Source: an uncultured Gemmatimonadota bacterium (GTDB lineage Bacteria; GCA-2686955). Taken from it: DNA of 64,000 bases. The translations under genes were made by a program, and so were the position numbers. Location of the stretch: contig CAZBBK010000005.1 of the NCBI GenBank assembly GCA_964490075.1, forward strand, positions 1-64,000, written 5' to 3'. The notes under the pieces are model-generated. The model was not told the DNA's origin and did no database searches. It saw nothing but the letters and a program-made list of their open reading frames with translations. Below are positions 41,657 to 51,018 of this stretch, piece by piece (the stretch's first letter is position 1; every line of letters starts with the position of its first letter).

Positions 41657-43549
41657 GTGCGCAAGAACCAAAACGCAGTGGCCGGGCTCGGAGTGCTCCT
41701 CGGCCTCTTCTTCGCCGTCAACCTCGCGTCCAGCGCTCTGTTTCGCTCGGCGCGGCTCGATCTGACCGATGGCGGTCTGTACACACTTTCGGAAGGGACC
41801 GAGAACATCCTGCGGGAGCTGGAGGAGCCGATCCACCTGCGCTTCTACCTCTCCCGCGCCATGGCCAACGAGCTGCCCGACATCAAGAGCTATGGGCAGC
41901 GGGTCCAGGAGCTGCTGGAGGAGTACGAGGCTCTTTCCGGCGGCAAGATCGAGCTCGATGTGATCGATCCCGAGCCCTTCTCGGAAGAGGAGGATCGTGC
42001 GGTCGGCTTCGGTCTCCAGGGCGCACCCGCCAATGCCGTGGGTGAGCCGCTCTACTTCGGTCTCGCGGGCAGCAACTCCACCGACCAGGAGGAGGTCATC
42101 CCCTTCTTCCAGATGCGCCGCGAGCAGTTCCTGGAGTACGACCTGACCAAGCTGATCCACTCCCTGGCCGACCCCAGCAAGCCCGTGGTCGGCGTGCTCT
42201 CGTCCTTGCCGCTGAGCGGCGGGCCGCCCAACCCGATGAACCCCCGGGAGACGGCGCAGCCCTGGTTCATCGTGGAGACGGTGCGCCAGCTCTTCGAGGT
42301 GCGCGACATCACGCCCAGCGAGACGGAGCTGCCGGACGACATCGACATCTTGCTGCTGGTCCATCCCAAGGGCCTGGAAGACGGGATGCTCTACTCGATC
42401 GACCAGTTCGCGCTCGGCGGCGGCCACGTGGTGGCCTTCGTCGATCCCTTCTGCGAGGCCGACCAGCCGCCGACCGATCCGCGCAATCCGATGGCGTCGA
42501 TGGGCGCCGACCGCTCCTCCGATCTCGGCTCGCTGCTCGAGTCCTGGGGCGTGGAGCTGGTCGAGGACAAGATCGCCGTCGACCGGCTGAACGCCCAGCG
42601 GGTCGGCTACCAGGGAAAACCGATCGACTACGTGGCCTGGCTCGGACTGCGCCCCGACGCCTTCTCGGAGAACGATCCAGTGACCAGCGAGCTGGGCCAG
42701 CTCAACCTGGCCACCGCCGGCAGACTGGCGGCCCTCGAGGGTGCCACGACGAGCTTCACGGCGGTGGTGCAGACCAGCGCCGAGGGGAGCACGATCGGGA
42801 CCTCCGACGTCAGCTTCGTGCCCGATCCGGCGCGTTTGTTGGCCGGCTACTCGCCCGGCGGTGTGCCCCTGGCGCTGGCGGCGCGAGTCAGCGGCGAGGC
42901 GAAGAGCGCCTTCCCCGATGGCTCCCCGGCGGGCGATGAAGACCAGGAGGACGGCGAAGAGGCGAGCGCCGATACCGAGCCGAGCGAGCACCTGGAGTCG
43001 GGCGAGGTCCAGATCTTCCTGGTGGCCGACGCCGACATGCTCGCCGACCGCTGGTGGGTCAGCGTGCAGAACTTCTTCGGACAGCGGATCGCGATTCCCA
43101 ACGCCAACAACGCCGACCTCTTGGTCAACGTGCTGGAGAACATGTCCGGCAGCTCCGACCTGATCAGTCTGCGCAGCCGCGGCAGCTACAGCCGGCCCTT
43201 CGACCGGGTGCTGGCGATTCGGCGCGACGCGGAGCGCCGCTTCCGCGCCGAGGAGCAGGCGCTGGAGGAGGAGCTGCGCGAGACCGAGCAGCGGATCAAC
43301 GAGCTGCAGCGCCAGAAAGAGGGCGCGCAGAGCTCGGTGATCCTCAGCCCGGAGCAGCGCACCGAGATCGTGCGCTTCCGCCAGGAGCGCATCGATACCC
43401 GCAAACGGCTGCGCGAGGTGCGGCACCAGCAGGCGAAAGACATCGAGCGCCTGGGGGGGCTCCTGAAGCTGCTCAACATCGGCCTGATTCCGCTCGGGTT
43501 GTTGGTCTTTTCGGTGATCCGCGGCACGTCCGCATTTGGGAGGAGCTGA
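41657..43549 (+). CDS. GldG-family ABC auxiliary component
   Basis: RLDLT..LYTLS, LEYDLTKLI, LYSIDQF and LISLRSR; N- and C-terminal TM segments. Confidence 0.92.
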   Translation: MRKNQNAVAGLGVLLGLFFAVNLASSALFRSARLDLTDGGLYTLSEGTENILRELEEPIHLRFYLSRAMANELPDIKSYGQRVQELLEEYEALSGGKIELDVIDPEPFSEEEDRAVGFGLQGAPANAVGEPLYFGLAGSNSTDQEEVIPFFQMRREQFLEYDLTKLIHSLADPSKPVVGVLSSLPLSGGPPNPMNPRETAQPWFIVETVRQLFEVRDITPSETELPDDIDILLLVHPKGLEDGMLYSIDQFALGGGHVVAFVDPFCEADQPPTDPRNPMASMGADRSSDLGSLLESWGVELVEDKIAVDRLNAQRVGYQGKPIDYVAWLGLRPDAFSENDPVTSELGQLNLATAGRLAALEGATTSFTAVVQTSAEGSTIGTSDVSFVPDPARLLAGYSPGGVPLALAARVSGEAKSAFPDGSPAGDEDQEDGEEASADTEPSEHLESGEVQIFLVADADMLADRWWVSVQNFFGQRIAIPNANNADLLVNVLENMSGSSDLISLRSRGSYSRPFDRVLAIRRDAERRFRAEEQALEEELRETEQRINELQRQKEGAQSSVILSPEQRTEIVRFRQERIDTRKRLREVRHQQAKDIERLGGLLKLLNIGLIPLGLLVFSVIRGTSAFGRS

Positions 43550-43552
43550 TCG

Positions 43553-44749
43553 ATGAACTCCAGAACCGTGGCAATCTCAGGAGTAGCGGCGTGCGTTCTG
43601 GTGGTGATCGGGTTGGTGTTCCGTGCGCCGACCGACATCGCCGGGCCTTCCGCGTCGCACGCGCCCGACTCCACCACTTTCGTGCTACCGGAGCTCTCCG
43701 ACGCGCTCAACGAGGTGGCGCGCATGGTGGTGGTCGACAGCACCGGGACCTGCACCCTGGAACGTGCGGAGTCGGGCTGGACCGTCGCCGAGAAGCAGGG
43801 CTTTTCGGCCAACATGGAGCGCGTGCGGCAGACCCTGATCGCCGCCTCGGAGCTGCGCATCCTCGATCGCAAGACGGCCAATCCGGAGCTCTTCGAGCGC
43901 CTGGGGCTGCGCGATCTCGACGCCGAGGGCTCGGTGGCGACCAAGCTCGAGCTGCAAGATCAGTCGGGCGGAAACATGGGCGGCCTGTTGATCGGCAAGC
44001 GCCGTTCGGGAGCCGGCGACGCGGCACACTACGTGCGGCGCCTGGGCGAGAACCAGTGCTGGCTGGCCTCCGGCAACCTGACGATGCGCGCCGAGACCGA
44101 CTTCTGGCTGAGCCGCGACATCATGAAGCTCAAGGCGGAGCGGATTCGTTCGGTCGAGACCCTCCATCCGGACGGCGAGAAGGTGGTGGTGGCAAAGGCT
44201 GACAAGACGGCGCGGCGCTTCGACGTGCGGGACGTGCCACGCGGCCGGGAGCTGCGCTACGCGACGGTCGGCGACGGCCTCGGTCGGGCGCTGGAGCGTC
44301 TCACGCTCGATGACGTGCTGCCGGCCTCCGAGGTCGAGACCCCCGGCCAGGTAACGGAGAGCATCTACAGCACCTTCGACGGCGTGGTGGTGCTGGCCAG
44401 GCTGTGGGAAGAGGGCGACCAGAAACGCGCCGCCTTCGAGGTGCGCTTCGACGCGGGCCTGGTCGAGCCGGAGCCGGAGCCGGAGGCGGTGCCCGAAGAG
44501 CCCGCCGACGACGCCGAGTCGACTGCCGGCGAGGACGCGGACGCCGAGCCCGAAGGCGACGCCTTCGCGCCACCCGAGCCGCCGGCCTTCACGCCGGAGC
44601 TGCTGAGCGCCGAGGAGGCCCGTGAAGAGGCGGAGCAGCTCAACGTCCGCCTGTCTCCCTGGGTCTTCGTGCTGCCGAGCTACGCCCACGACCGCATGGC
44701 CAAGCGCATGGAAGAGATGTTGAAGGAGCAGGAGAGCTCCGAGACCTGA
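43553..44749 (+). CDS. DUF4340-like membrane-anchored protein
   Basis: N-terminal TM, LFERLGL, LLIGK...YVRR, acidic Pro/Glu linker; usual position after gldG. Confidence 0.8.
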   Translation: MNSRTVAISGVAACVLVVIGLVFRAPTDIAGPSASHAPDSTTFVLPELSDALNEVARMVVVDSTGTCTLERAESGWTVAEKQGFSANMERVRQTLIAASELRILDRKTANPELFERLGLRDLDAEGSVATKLELQDQSGGNMGGLLIGKRRSGAGDAAHYVRRLGENQCWLASGNLTMRAETDFWLSRDIMKLKAERIRSVETLHPDGEKVVVAKADKTARRFDVRDVPRGRELRYATVGDGLGRALERLTLDDVLPASEVETPGQVTESIYSTFDGVVVLARLWEEGDQKRAAFEVRFDAGLVEPEPEPEAVPEEPADDAESTAGEDADAEPEGDAFAPPEPPAFTPELLSAEEAREEAEQLNVRLSPWVFVLPSYAHDRMAKRMEEMLKEQESSET

Positions 44750-45195
44750 GACCCACCCGGACCCCAAACACGGAGCGGCGCGTGGACCTTTCGGCCCACG
44801 CGCCGCCATCCCCTCCGACACTGCTCGTCCGCCTTGCGAGAGCCACCGGCCGCCGTGCTCCCCGACACTGCGCGCCCGCGGCTCTCCGTCCGACCCGGCA
44901 CCGGCATCGTCACCGGCCCCGAATCGGATCCGTCTCGAGATCTCTGGGGACGTTCAATGGATCGGCCACTCTGCCATTTAGATTGACCCACTCAAGCTGG
45001 TCGGCCGGGTGACGCGTTCCTGAAGATCGCCTTATACTTATTTCATCTTTTAGATAAGTGGCTTTCTTGCAACCACTTGCCATCGCTATGCAGCGTCGAT
45101 TGGCGCGCCAATCCGTAAGGACACCCGGTCTCAGTGGCAAAAACGCCCTCTGAATCTGATGATATCTCGTCGCTGGCGACTGCCCTGAGGGCTCC

Positions 45196-45924
45196 TCAGA
45201 CCGTAAAGTCCAGAAAGCGGAGCCGCGGCTCGCCGGCGGCAAAGGGCGTCTCGAAGCAGAGCGCGGCGGCGTGACCGGCATCCAGGGAGGGCACCTGCGC
45301 CAGCCTCCAGCGCCGTGTCGAGTCGCCACCGATCCGAGTCGCGAGCAGCGCCGCCGGCAGACCGGGACGCAGCTCGACATCGAAGCGCTCGAGCCCCAGA
45401 CCGATGCCGCGCCCATGGGCCTTGACGAAGGCCTCCTTGCGGGTCCAGGCCAGGAAGAAGGCGCAGCGCCGGTCGTGGCGCGGGAGCGCGAAGTAGAGCT
45501 CGGCCTCGCGCCGCGAGAAGACCCGGCGGGCGAGACGGTCCAGATCGTGGGCGCGGTCGGTGCGTTCGACGTCGACGCCGAGCAGCCGGCCGCGCGCGAA
45601 GGCCAGCAGCGCCCAGTCGCCGGAGTGAGAGAGATTGAACTCGAGATCGCTTCCCTCGAGCGAGGGTTTGCCGTGCGGACCCAGGCGCAGGGGCAGCGAG
45701 CGCGGGTCGGCGCCCTGATAGCGGCCGAGCAGGGCGCGCAGCACCTGACGGCCGGTCGTGAAGGCGAGGCGGGCACGGGAGCTGGCCATGCGCGTCGCGC
45801 GCATCCGCTCTTCCTCGCAAAGATCCGGGCACCGAGCGGGCGCATCGGCCAGCGATATCCGCCACAGGTGGACCTCGTCGCGGGCGAGCGCGGGAGCTCG
45901 GGCGACCTGCTCCCAGGAGGCCAT
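45196..45924 (-). CDS. Sfp-type 4'-phosphopantetheinyl transferase
   Basis: HGKP, FNLSHS, LGVDVE and WTRKEAFVKAHGRG. ATG 45924 overlaps the amidase stop. Confidence 0.93.
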   Translation of the reverse strand: MASWEQVARAPALARDEVHLWRISLADAPARCPDLCEEERMRATRMASSRARLAFTTGRQVLRALLGRYQGADPRSLPLRLGPHGKPSLEGSDLEFNLSHSGDWALLAFARGRLLGVDVERTDRAHDLDRLARRVFSRREAELYFALPRHDRRCAFFLAWTRKEAFVKAHGRGIGLGLERFDVELRPGLPAALLATRIGGDSTRRWRLAQVPSLDAGHAAALCFETPFAAGEPRLRFLDFTV

Positions 45925-47459
45925 CAACGCCTCTGGATCATCATCGCGTCGCCGATCACCACATCTCCGGCGGGGGCGTCGTTGCTGAGGCCGAAGTAGA
46001 CCCGGCCGCGGGGCATCCAGTAGTTGCCGAGCTTGTTCCAGCGGCCGCCGTCGGTCTTCTGGTCGAAGGTGGTGGTGTAGAGGGTGCCGCCGATCTTGGC
46101 TCCGAAGAGCGCCGCCGAGGAGCGATTGGAGCCGGACGGCCACCAGGCGTGGATCTCGTAGATCCCGGCCTGGGTGATGGCGTGGCTCCAGTAGCACAAC
46201 GCCGCCCCCCCCGGCTCGGTTCCGGCGAAGAGATAGTCGTCGCCGTAGCGCCCCGGCGCGCTGTTGCCGAGCGTCCAGCTGCCGCGAGTGCGCGCGGTAG
46301 GATTGTCGTAGATCCAGCGATCGGTTGCGCCGCTCAGCCGGTCGTCCACCTCCTGGCGCAGCGCGCCGAGCTCCGAGTAGAGCAGATCGCCGGGGCAGGC
46401 GGTCGAGCTCACGTCGCGGTGGCCGTAGATATTGTCCATCGGCGCGCCGTAGCCGACGTAGTAGTCGCGACCGAAGGGATCGATCCCTTTCTGGTCCGCC
46501 TTCCAGGCGTAGAGCTCGGCGTAGGCATCGAGCAGAGCCAGGGTCGGAATGTCGTTGTAGGGCGTGTGGAAGTAGCCCAACGCACCGACTCCCATCGACC
46601 CGCAGTTGTAGCCGTCGTGAGCGCCGCGCACGTCATCGCCCCCGGCGCGGCCCTCCCAGACCTTGCCGTGCTTGCAGGTCAGGTAGTTGTAGCCGATGTC
46701 GCACCAACCGCGGCTATACATGTGGTAGTCCTGGATCCCGCGCAGGTTGGAGGCGCAGTCGTCGAAGCCCTGGGAGTCGTAGGCGCCGGGCGAGGCGGTG
46801 TGGTGGGTGCCGAGGTGGGTGACCGGGCAGTAGCCGGAGCTGCACTGGGGCGGATCGGCCCCCCATTGCGCACGCGAGTAGACGGGCGGCTTGGGGTAGG
46901 CGTCGTCGAAGCGCTGCTGGGGCTCGGCGGCGGCTGATTCGGATGCGTCGATGAAGACCAGCGTGAGCCGCTCCAGGCGCAAGGGCGCGCCCGCGGGAAC
47001 CATGCGCACGCGGAGGCGCCAGGCGTCTGCCCGCTCGGCACCGAGCAGCAAGAGCGCTCCGAATTGGTCGCCGTGGGCGCGATGCCCCGTGCCCTCCGGG
47101 AACGGGGCGGAGGACTGGGCGTGCGGATCGGCGGGAATCGGATACCAGGTGCCGGGACGGGCATCGACCTGGAGCTCGAGCTCCATGCGGCCGGCACCGG
47201 CGAGGCCCCAGCGGCTGCCCAGGGCGGTGAAGGGGAAGGGGGATTCCTGCCAGAGCGTCGTGGCTCGCGCTTCGGTCGGCGCCTCGAGAGCTGCACCGGC
47301 CCAGGTCACGGCGGTCTCGTCGCCGTCGACGGCGAGCTCGGCAAGATCGAGGGCCACCTCGAGGAGTGTGGCTTCCGCCGGCGGACGAGCCAGGAGCACC
47401 GAAGAAAGCGCCAGGGGCACCGCAATCATCAGATCGGCCGAACGAGGCAGTACCGGCAT
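45924..47459 (-). CDS. Secreted N-acetylmuramoyl-L-alanine amidase (Amidase_2/PGRP-like) with Golvesin-like C-terminal domain
   Basis: SRAQWGAD, HHTA, RGWCDIGYN, GAH and GHRDV..TACPG; C-terminal G.YEIHAWW..SNRS..DQKTDGGRW..LG..VIGDA. Confidence 0.9.
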   Translation of the reverse strand: MPVLPRSADLMIAVPLALSSVLLARPPAEATLLEVALDLAELAVDGDETAVTWAGAALEAPTEARATTLWQESPFPFTALGSRWGLAGAGRMELELQVDARPGTWYPIPADPHAQSSAPFPEGTGHRAHGDQFGALLLLGAERADAWRLRVRMVPAGAPLRLERLTLVFIDASESAAAEPQQRFDDAYPKPPVYSRAQWGADPPQCSSGYCPVTHLGTHHTASPGAYDSQGFDDCASNLRGIQDYHMYSRGWCDIGYNYLTCKHGKVWEGRAGGDDVRGAHDGYNCGSMGVGALGYFHTPYNDIPTLALLDAYAELYAWKADQKGIDPFGRDYYVGYGAPMDNIYGHRDVSSTACPGDLLYSELGALRQEVDDRLSGATDRWIYDNPTARTRGSWTLGNSAPGRYGDDYLFAGTEPGGAALCYWSHAITQAGIYEIHAWWPSGSNRSSAALFGAKIGGTLYTTTFDQKTDGGRWNKLGNYWMPRGRVYFGLSNDAPAGDVVIGDAMMIQRR

Positions 47460-47596
47460 CGCCGCCACCTTTCCGCGCCGCGCCAGGCGCTGCATCTGGT
47501 AAGAGTAATGCCGTTCTTCGCACCATGCCCGCTCACGACGGTGAGGACCCGGCGCAAGCCCCGAGCCGGCAATTCACGCAGAATCGAAGAGGACCG

Positions 47597-48862
47597 ATGG
47601 AGCTCCAAGCGATTCGAGGGACACGGGATTTTTTCCCCGACGAATGCCGATTTCGCGAGTGGCTCTTCGGGCGCTTCCGCCAGGTGGCGAGCCGTTTCGG
47701 ATTCGAGGAGATCGACGCGCCGATCGTGGAGTCGGCCGATCTCTTCATCCGCAAGGGGGGTGAGGAGATCCTGGGCCAGCTCTATCACTTCGAGCTGCAC
47801 GGACGGCACCTGGCGCTGCGACCGGAGATGACGCCCTCGATGGCACGCATGGTCATGGCCAAGGGACGCTCGGCCAAGATGCCGCTGCGATGGTGCGCGA
47901 TCGGGCAGAACTGGCGCTACGAGAGGATGGTCAAGGGGCGCAGGCGGGAGCACTATCAGCTCAACATGGACATCTGGGGAGAGGAGGCGGTGGACGCCGA
48001 GGCGGAGCTGATCAGTGCGGTGTTCGCGGTGATCGAGGCGGTCGGGCTGCCGCGCACGGCGGTCGAGGTGCGGGTCAACAGCCGCGACCTGCTCGAGACC
48101 TTCGTGGGTGAGCAGATCCCGGCGCTGTCGCCGGAGGCTTTCGTCCCCCTCTGCGTCGCTGTCGACAAGATCGCCAAGATCGGCGCCGACAAGGTCGTCG
48201 AGATGCTGGTCGATCCGGAAGGCGAGGTCGGCATCGACGAGCGCGACGCCCGCGCGGTGGTCGACTTCATCGCGCTGTCCAGCCTGGACGAGGTGGCCCG
48301 CCTGGTGCCGGGGGCGGCGCCGGCGGTCGATCGGCTGCGTGGGCTCTTCCGCCTGCTCGAGGCCTACGGCGTCGGGGAGCAGGTGCGCTTCGATGCCGGC
48401 GTGGTCCGCGGTCTGGCCTACTACACCGGCATCGTCTTCGAGGCCTTCGACGCGGCCGGCGGCGGACGCTCGATCTGTGGTGGCGGTCGCTACGATCGGC
48501 TGACTCGCGCGCTGGGAGGGCAGGAGATCCCGGCGGTCGGCTTCGGGCTCGGCGACGTGGTGCTGGGCGACATGCTGGCCGCTTCCGACCTGATGCCCGT
48601 CCTGGGCCGCCGGGTCGATGACCTGGTCTTCGCTTTCGACGAGGAGGGGCGCGAGGCCGCGGCACGGGTCTGCGCCCGCCTGCGCAGCAGCGGTCGCTCG
48701 GTGCTGCGGATGGTGCACGGCAAGCGACTGAAACGGGTGCTCGCCGAGGCCACTCAGCTCGGCGCCGAGCGCATCTTCCTGATCGGCCCGGACGAGCTGG
48801 CCAGGGGTGTGGTGAAGGTGCGAGACCTGGACCGGCGCTCGGAGGTCGAAGAGCCGCTCTAG
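47597..48862 (+). CDS. hisS: Histidine--tRNA ligase
   Basis: RGTRDF, LRPEMTPS, WRYER..GRRREHYQ, RGLAYYTG and GGGRYD; GAGG RBS. Confidence 0.97.
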   Translation: MELQAIRGTRDFFPDECRFREWLFGRFRQVASRFGFEEIDAPIVESADLFIRKGGEEILGQLYHFELHGRHLALRPEMTPSMARMVMAKGRSAKMPLRWCAIGQNWRYERMVKGRRREHYQLNMDIWGEEAVDAEAELISAVFAVIEAVGLPRTAVEVRVNSRDLLETFVGEQIPALSPEAFVPLCVAVDKIAKIGADKVVEMLVDPEGEVGIDERDARAVVDFIALSSLDEVARLVPGAAPAVDRLRGLFRLLEAYGVGEQVRFDAGVVRGLAYYTGIVFEAFDAAGGGRSICGGGRYDRLTRALGGQEIPAVGFGLGDVVLGDMLAASDLMPVLGRRVDDLVFAFDEEGREAAARVCARLRSSGRSVLRMVHGKRLKRVLAEATQLGAERIFLIGPDELARGVVKVRDLDRRSEVEEPL

Positions 48863-48880
48863 GATCCAAGCAAGAAGTCT

Positions 48881-49016
48881 GACAAAGCGTCGATTTGTCT
48901 CGCAGGCGCTGCCAGCGCCTCCGACATCTCGCCAGGGCGGATCCTGCGCCGAATCACGCAAGTGATTGTGTTGCAACCAGATCCGTCGTAGCGCCGATTC
49001 TGGCCCGAGATCTGCA
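48881..49016 (+). promoter_or_regulatory. Putative sigma54 promoter with candidate enhancer and IHF-like site
   Basis: TGGCCCGAGATCTGCA (GG-N10-GC) at 49001-49016; CAAGTGATTG at 48959; GACAAA-N7-TTTGTC at 48881-48899. Confidence 0.6.
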
Positions 49017-49052
49017 CTGAGCGTCTCCCGTCATCCAAACCGGGAGACTTTG

Positions 49053-50951
49053 ATGCAAATCTCTACGCCATCGACTTCGTTCTCGAATCTCCTCACCCTT
49101 TGCGCCTTGGCGCTCACACTCTCGACCGAGGTCTACTCGGCGGCACCGCGGTTCCGCATCTGGCCCAGCGAGCTGCTGAGCCGCGACAGCGTCGACGTCG
49201 TGTTCAGTCTTTGTGCCGGCGACAACGCCCTGGAATCCGGCGCGGAACTGAATATCGAGCTCCCATACGCCGCCCTGCACCCCACCGACAGCGAGATGTG
49301 GGACGCCGCGCAGATCACCTCGCCCGATTCGACCGGCTACGTGTCGGTAGAAACACCGGTCGATGTCGTGGCCGAGGCGATCGGCGACAAGTGGCTGCTG
49401 GGAGCACGCATCTCGCAAGGTGTGCTGCAGCCCGGCGACAGCATTGCCGTGCACTACTCCGGAAAGGTGCAGTCGGCGGCAACGCATCTCCGGCCACGAG
49501 TCCGTTGGCGGCGCGGTCCCACCCATCCCTTTGTGTCGTTGCGCACAGACACCGGGGTCACGATCAAGAGCCGGCCCGCGGCCACGATTCGCGCCTGGGC
49601 CCCCACCGATATCGCGGTGGGAGAGAGCTTCGCGCTGCGTCTGGCGCTGCTCGACGATCGTGGCAACCTCGACACCGACTACGACGGTTTGATCAGCATT
49701 CAGGCCCTCGGCAATCCGGCCGAGCTGTGGACGGCCGCGATCACGCCCGCCGACTCCGGACGGATCGTGATCGAAGATCTGTTGCTGCTCGATCCGGGCA
49801 TGCGTCATCTCGAGGTCACCACCGACACCATCGAACCGACGCTGGTCCCGGTGCGCGTGCACGAAGATGCCCCCCAAACGCAACGCTTCTTCGGCGACTC
49901 TCACTTCCACACCGGCAGCGGCTCCTCGAATCCCGGATGGCGCTCGACTCATGGCGGCGACCATCGTGGCAACTACAGTCGAGCACAGCTCGCCTACCGC
50001 TATGTTCGAGATGTCTCGCTCCTCGACTGGGCATCCGCCTCCGAGCACGAGATCGGCATGGAGCCAACGACCTGGGATGCCTCGCAGGATATCGCCGACG
50101 CATACAACGATCTCGCGCGCTTCACCACCTTCTACGCCTACGAATGGAATTCCCCGTACGCGGCTCACCGGTTGGTGTTGCACCGGGAGCGCGGCACGCC
50201 GCTCTTCCACGGCAAGGACCCCGCGACCGACAGCTTCGCCGAGCTGGCGGACGCCGTCCGAGAGGTCAACCAGGCGGCGCTGATCATCCCGCACATCCAC
50301 AAGGCGGACCCGATCAATCCAGTCTGGCAGCTGCCGGCAAACGATCTGCAGCGGGTTGGCGAGATCTACTCGACCCAGAACAGCAAGCCGGTCTGGGGCG
50401 GCGACGATCCCACCATCTTCGAGCTCGGACTGGAAGATCCGTGGAGCTATCGCTACGGCTGGGCTCAAGGGCACATCATCGGCGTCATTGGATCGACCGA
50501 CGATCACTTCGGCTTGCCGGGCCGCAACTCCACCGAGAGCTGGTTCAGAGGCAGCGGCGGACCGGCAGCCGTGCTGGCGGCCGAGAACTCCCGGGAGGCG
50601 CTCTTCGGCGCACTGCATCCACGGAACAGCTATGCCACGACCGGCACCAGGATCTTCCTGGACTTCACCGTCAACGAAGAGCCGATGGGCTCGGTGCTGG
50701 AGCTCAATGGTGACGACATTCAACTGTCGGTGGTAGTCGGCGGAACGGCACCGCTGTCGAGAGTCGAGATCGTCCACGGCCGGCGGAGCGGTTTCGAGAC
50801 CACGGCCTTCGATGCCGCCGGCGAGCTCTCGTTCGACTTCACCGGCCAGGATCAGTTCGACGGCGAAGCGTCGCTCTACCAGATCCGGGTGATCCAGGAG
50901 GACGACGAGATGGCCTGGTCGAGCCCGATCTGGGTACACCAGGGTCAGTGA
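49053..50951 (+). CDS. Secreted PHP-like metallohydrolase (DUF3604 / CehA-McbA-like)
   Basis: Signal peptide; FFGDSHFHT, SEH, YEW, HR, IPH, GSTDDH, YATTGTRI and MAWSSPIW. Confidence 0.85.
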   Translation: MQISTPSTSFSNLLTLCALALTLSTEVYSAAPRFRIWPSELLSRDSVDVVFSLCAGDNALESGAELNIELPYAALHPTDSEMWDAAQITSPDSTGYVSVETPVDVVAEAIGDKWLLGARISQGVLQPGDSIAVHYSGKVQSAATHLRPRVRWRRGPTHPFVSLRTDTGVTIKSRPAATIRAWAPTDIAVGESFALRLALLDDRGNLDTDYDGLISIQALGNPAELWTAAITPADSGRIVIEDLLLLDPGMRHLEVTTDTIEPTLVPVRVHEDAPQTQRFFGDSHFHTGSGSSNPGWRSTHGGDHRGNYSRAQLAYRYVRDVSLLDWASASEHEIGMEPTTWDASQDIADAYNDLARFTTFYAYEWNSPYAAHRLVLHRERGTPLFHGKDPATDSFAELADAVREVNQAALIIPHIHKADPINPVWQLPANDLQRVGEIYSTQNSKPVWGGDDPTIFELGLEDPWSYRYGWAQGHIIGVIGSTDDHFGLPGRNSTESWFRGSGGPAAVLAAENSREALFGALHPRNSYATTGTRIFLDFTVNEEPMGSVLELNGDDIQLSVVVGGTAPLSRVEIVHGRRSGFETTAFDAAGELSFDFTGQDQFDGEASLYQIRVIQEDDEMAWSSPIWVHQGQ

Positions 50952-50969
50952 ATCCGGTAGGTGGGGCTC

Positions 50970-51012
50970 GGACACGGGGAGTGCGGCGCCGCACTTCCCG
51001 TGCCCCTTTTTT
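50970..51012 (+). terminator. Intrinsic terminator
   Basis: GGACACGGGGAGTGCGG-CG-CCGCACTTCCCGTGCCC then T6, 19 nt after the stop codon. Confidence 0.8.
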
Positions 51013-51018
51013 GGATGA

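Noticed and set aside
40175-44749. GldA/F/G-like operon as evidence of gliding motility
   Set aside because: This ABC module is widespread in non-gliding bacteria and no motor genes are present.
45066-45083. Minus-strand TGGCAAGTGGTTGC as a sigma54 promoter
   Set aside because: Spacing is GG-N9-GC rather than the required N10.
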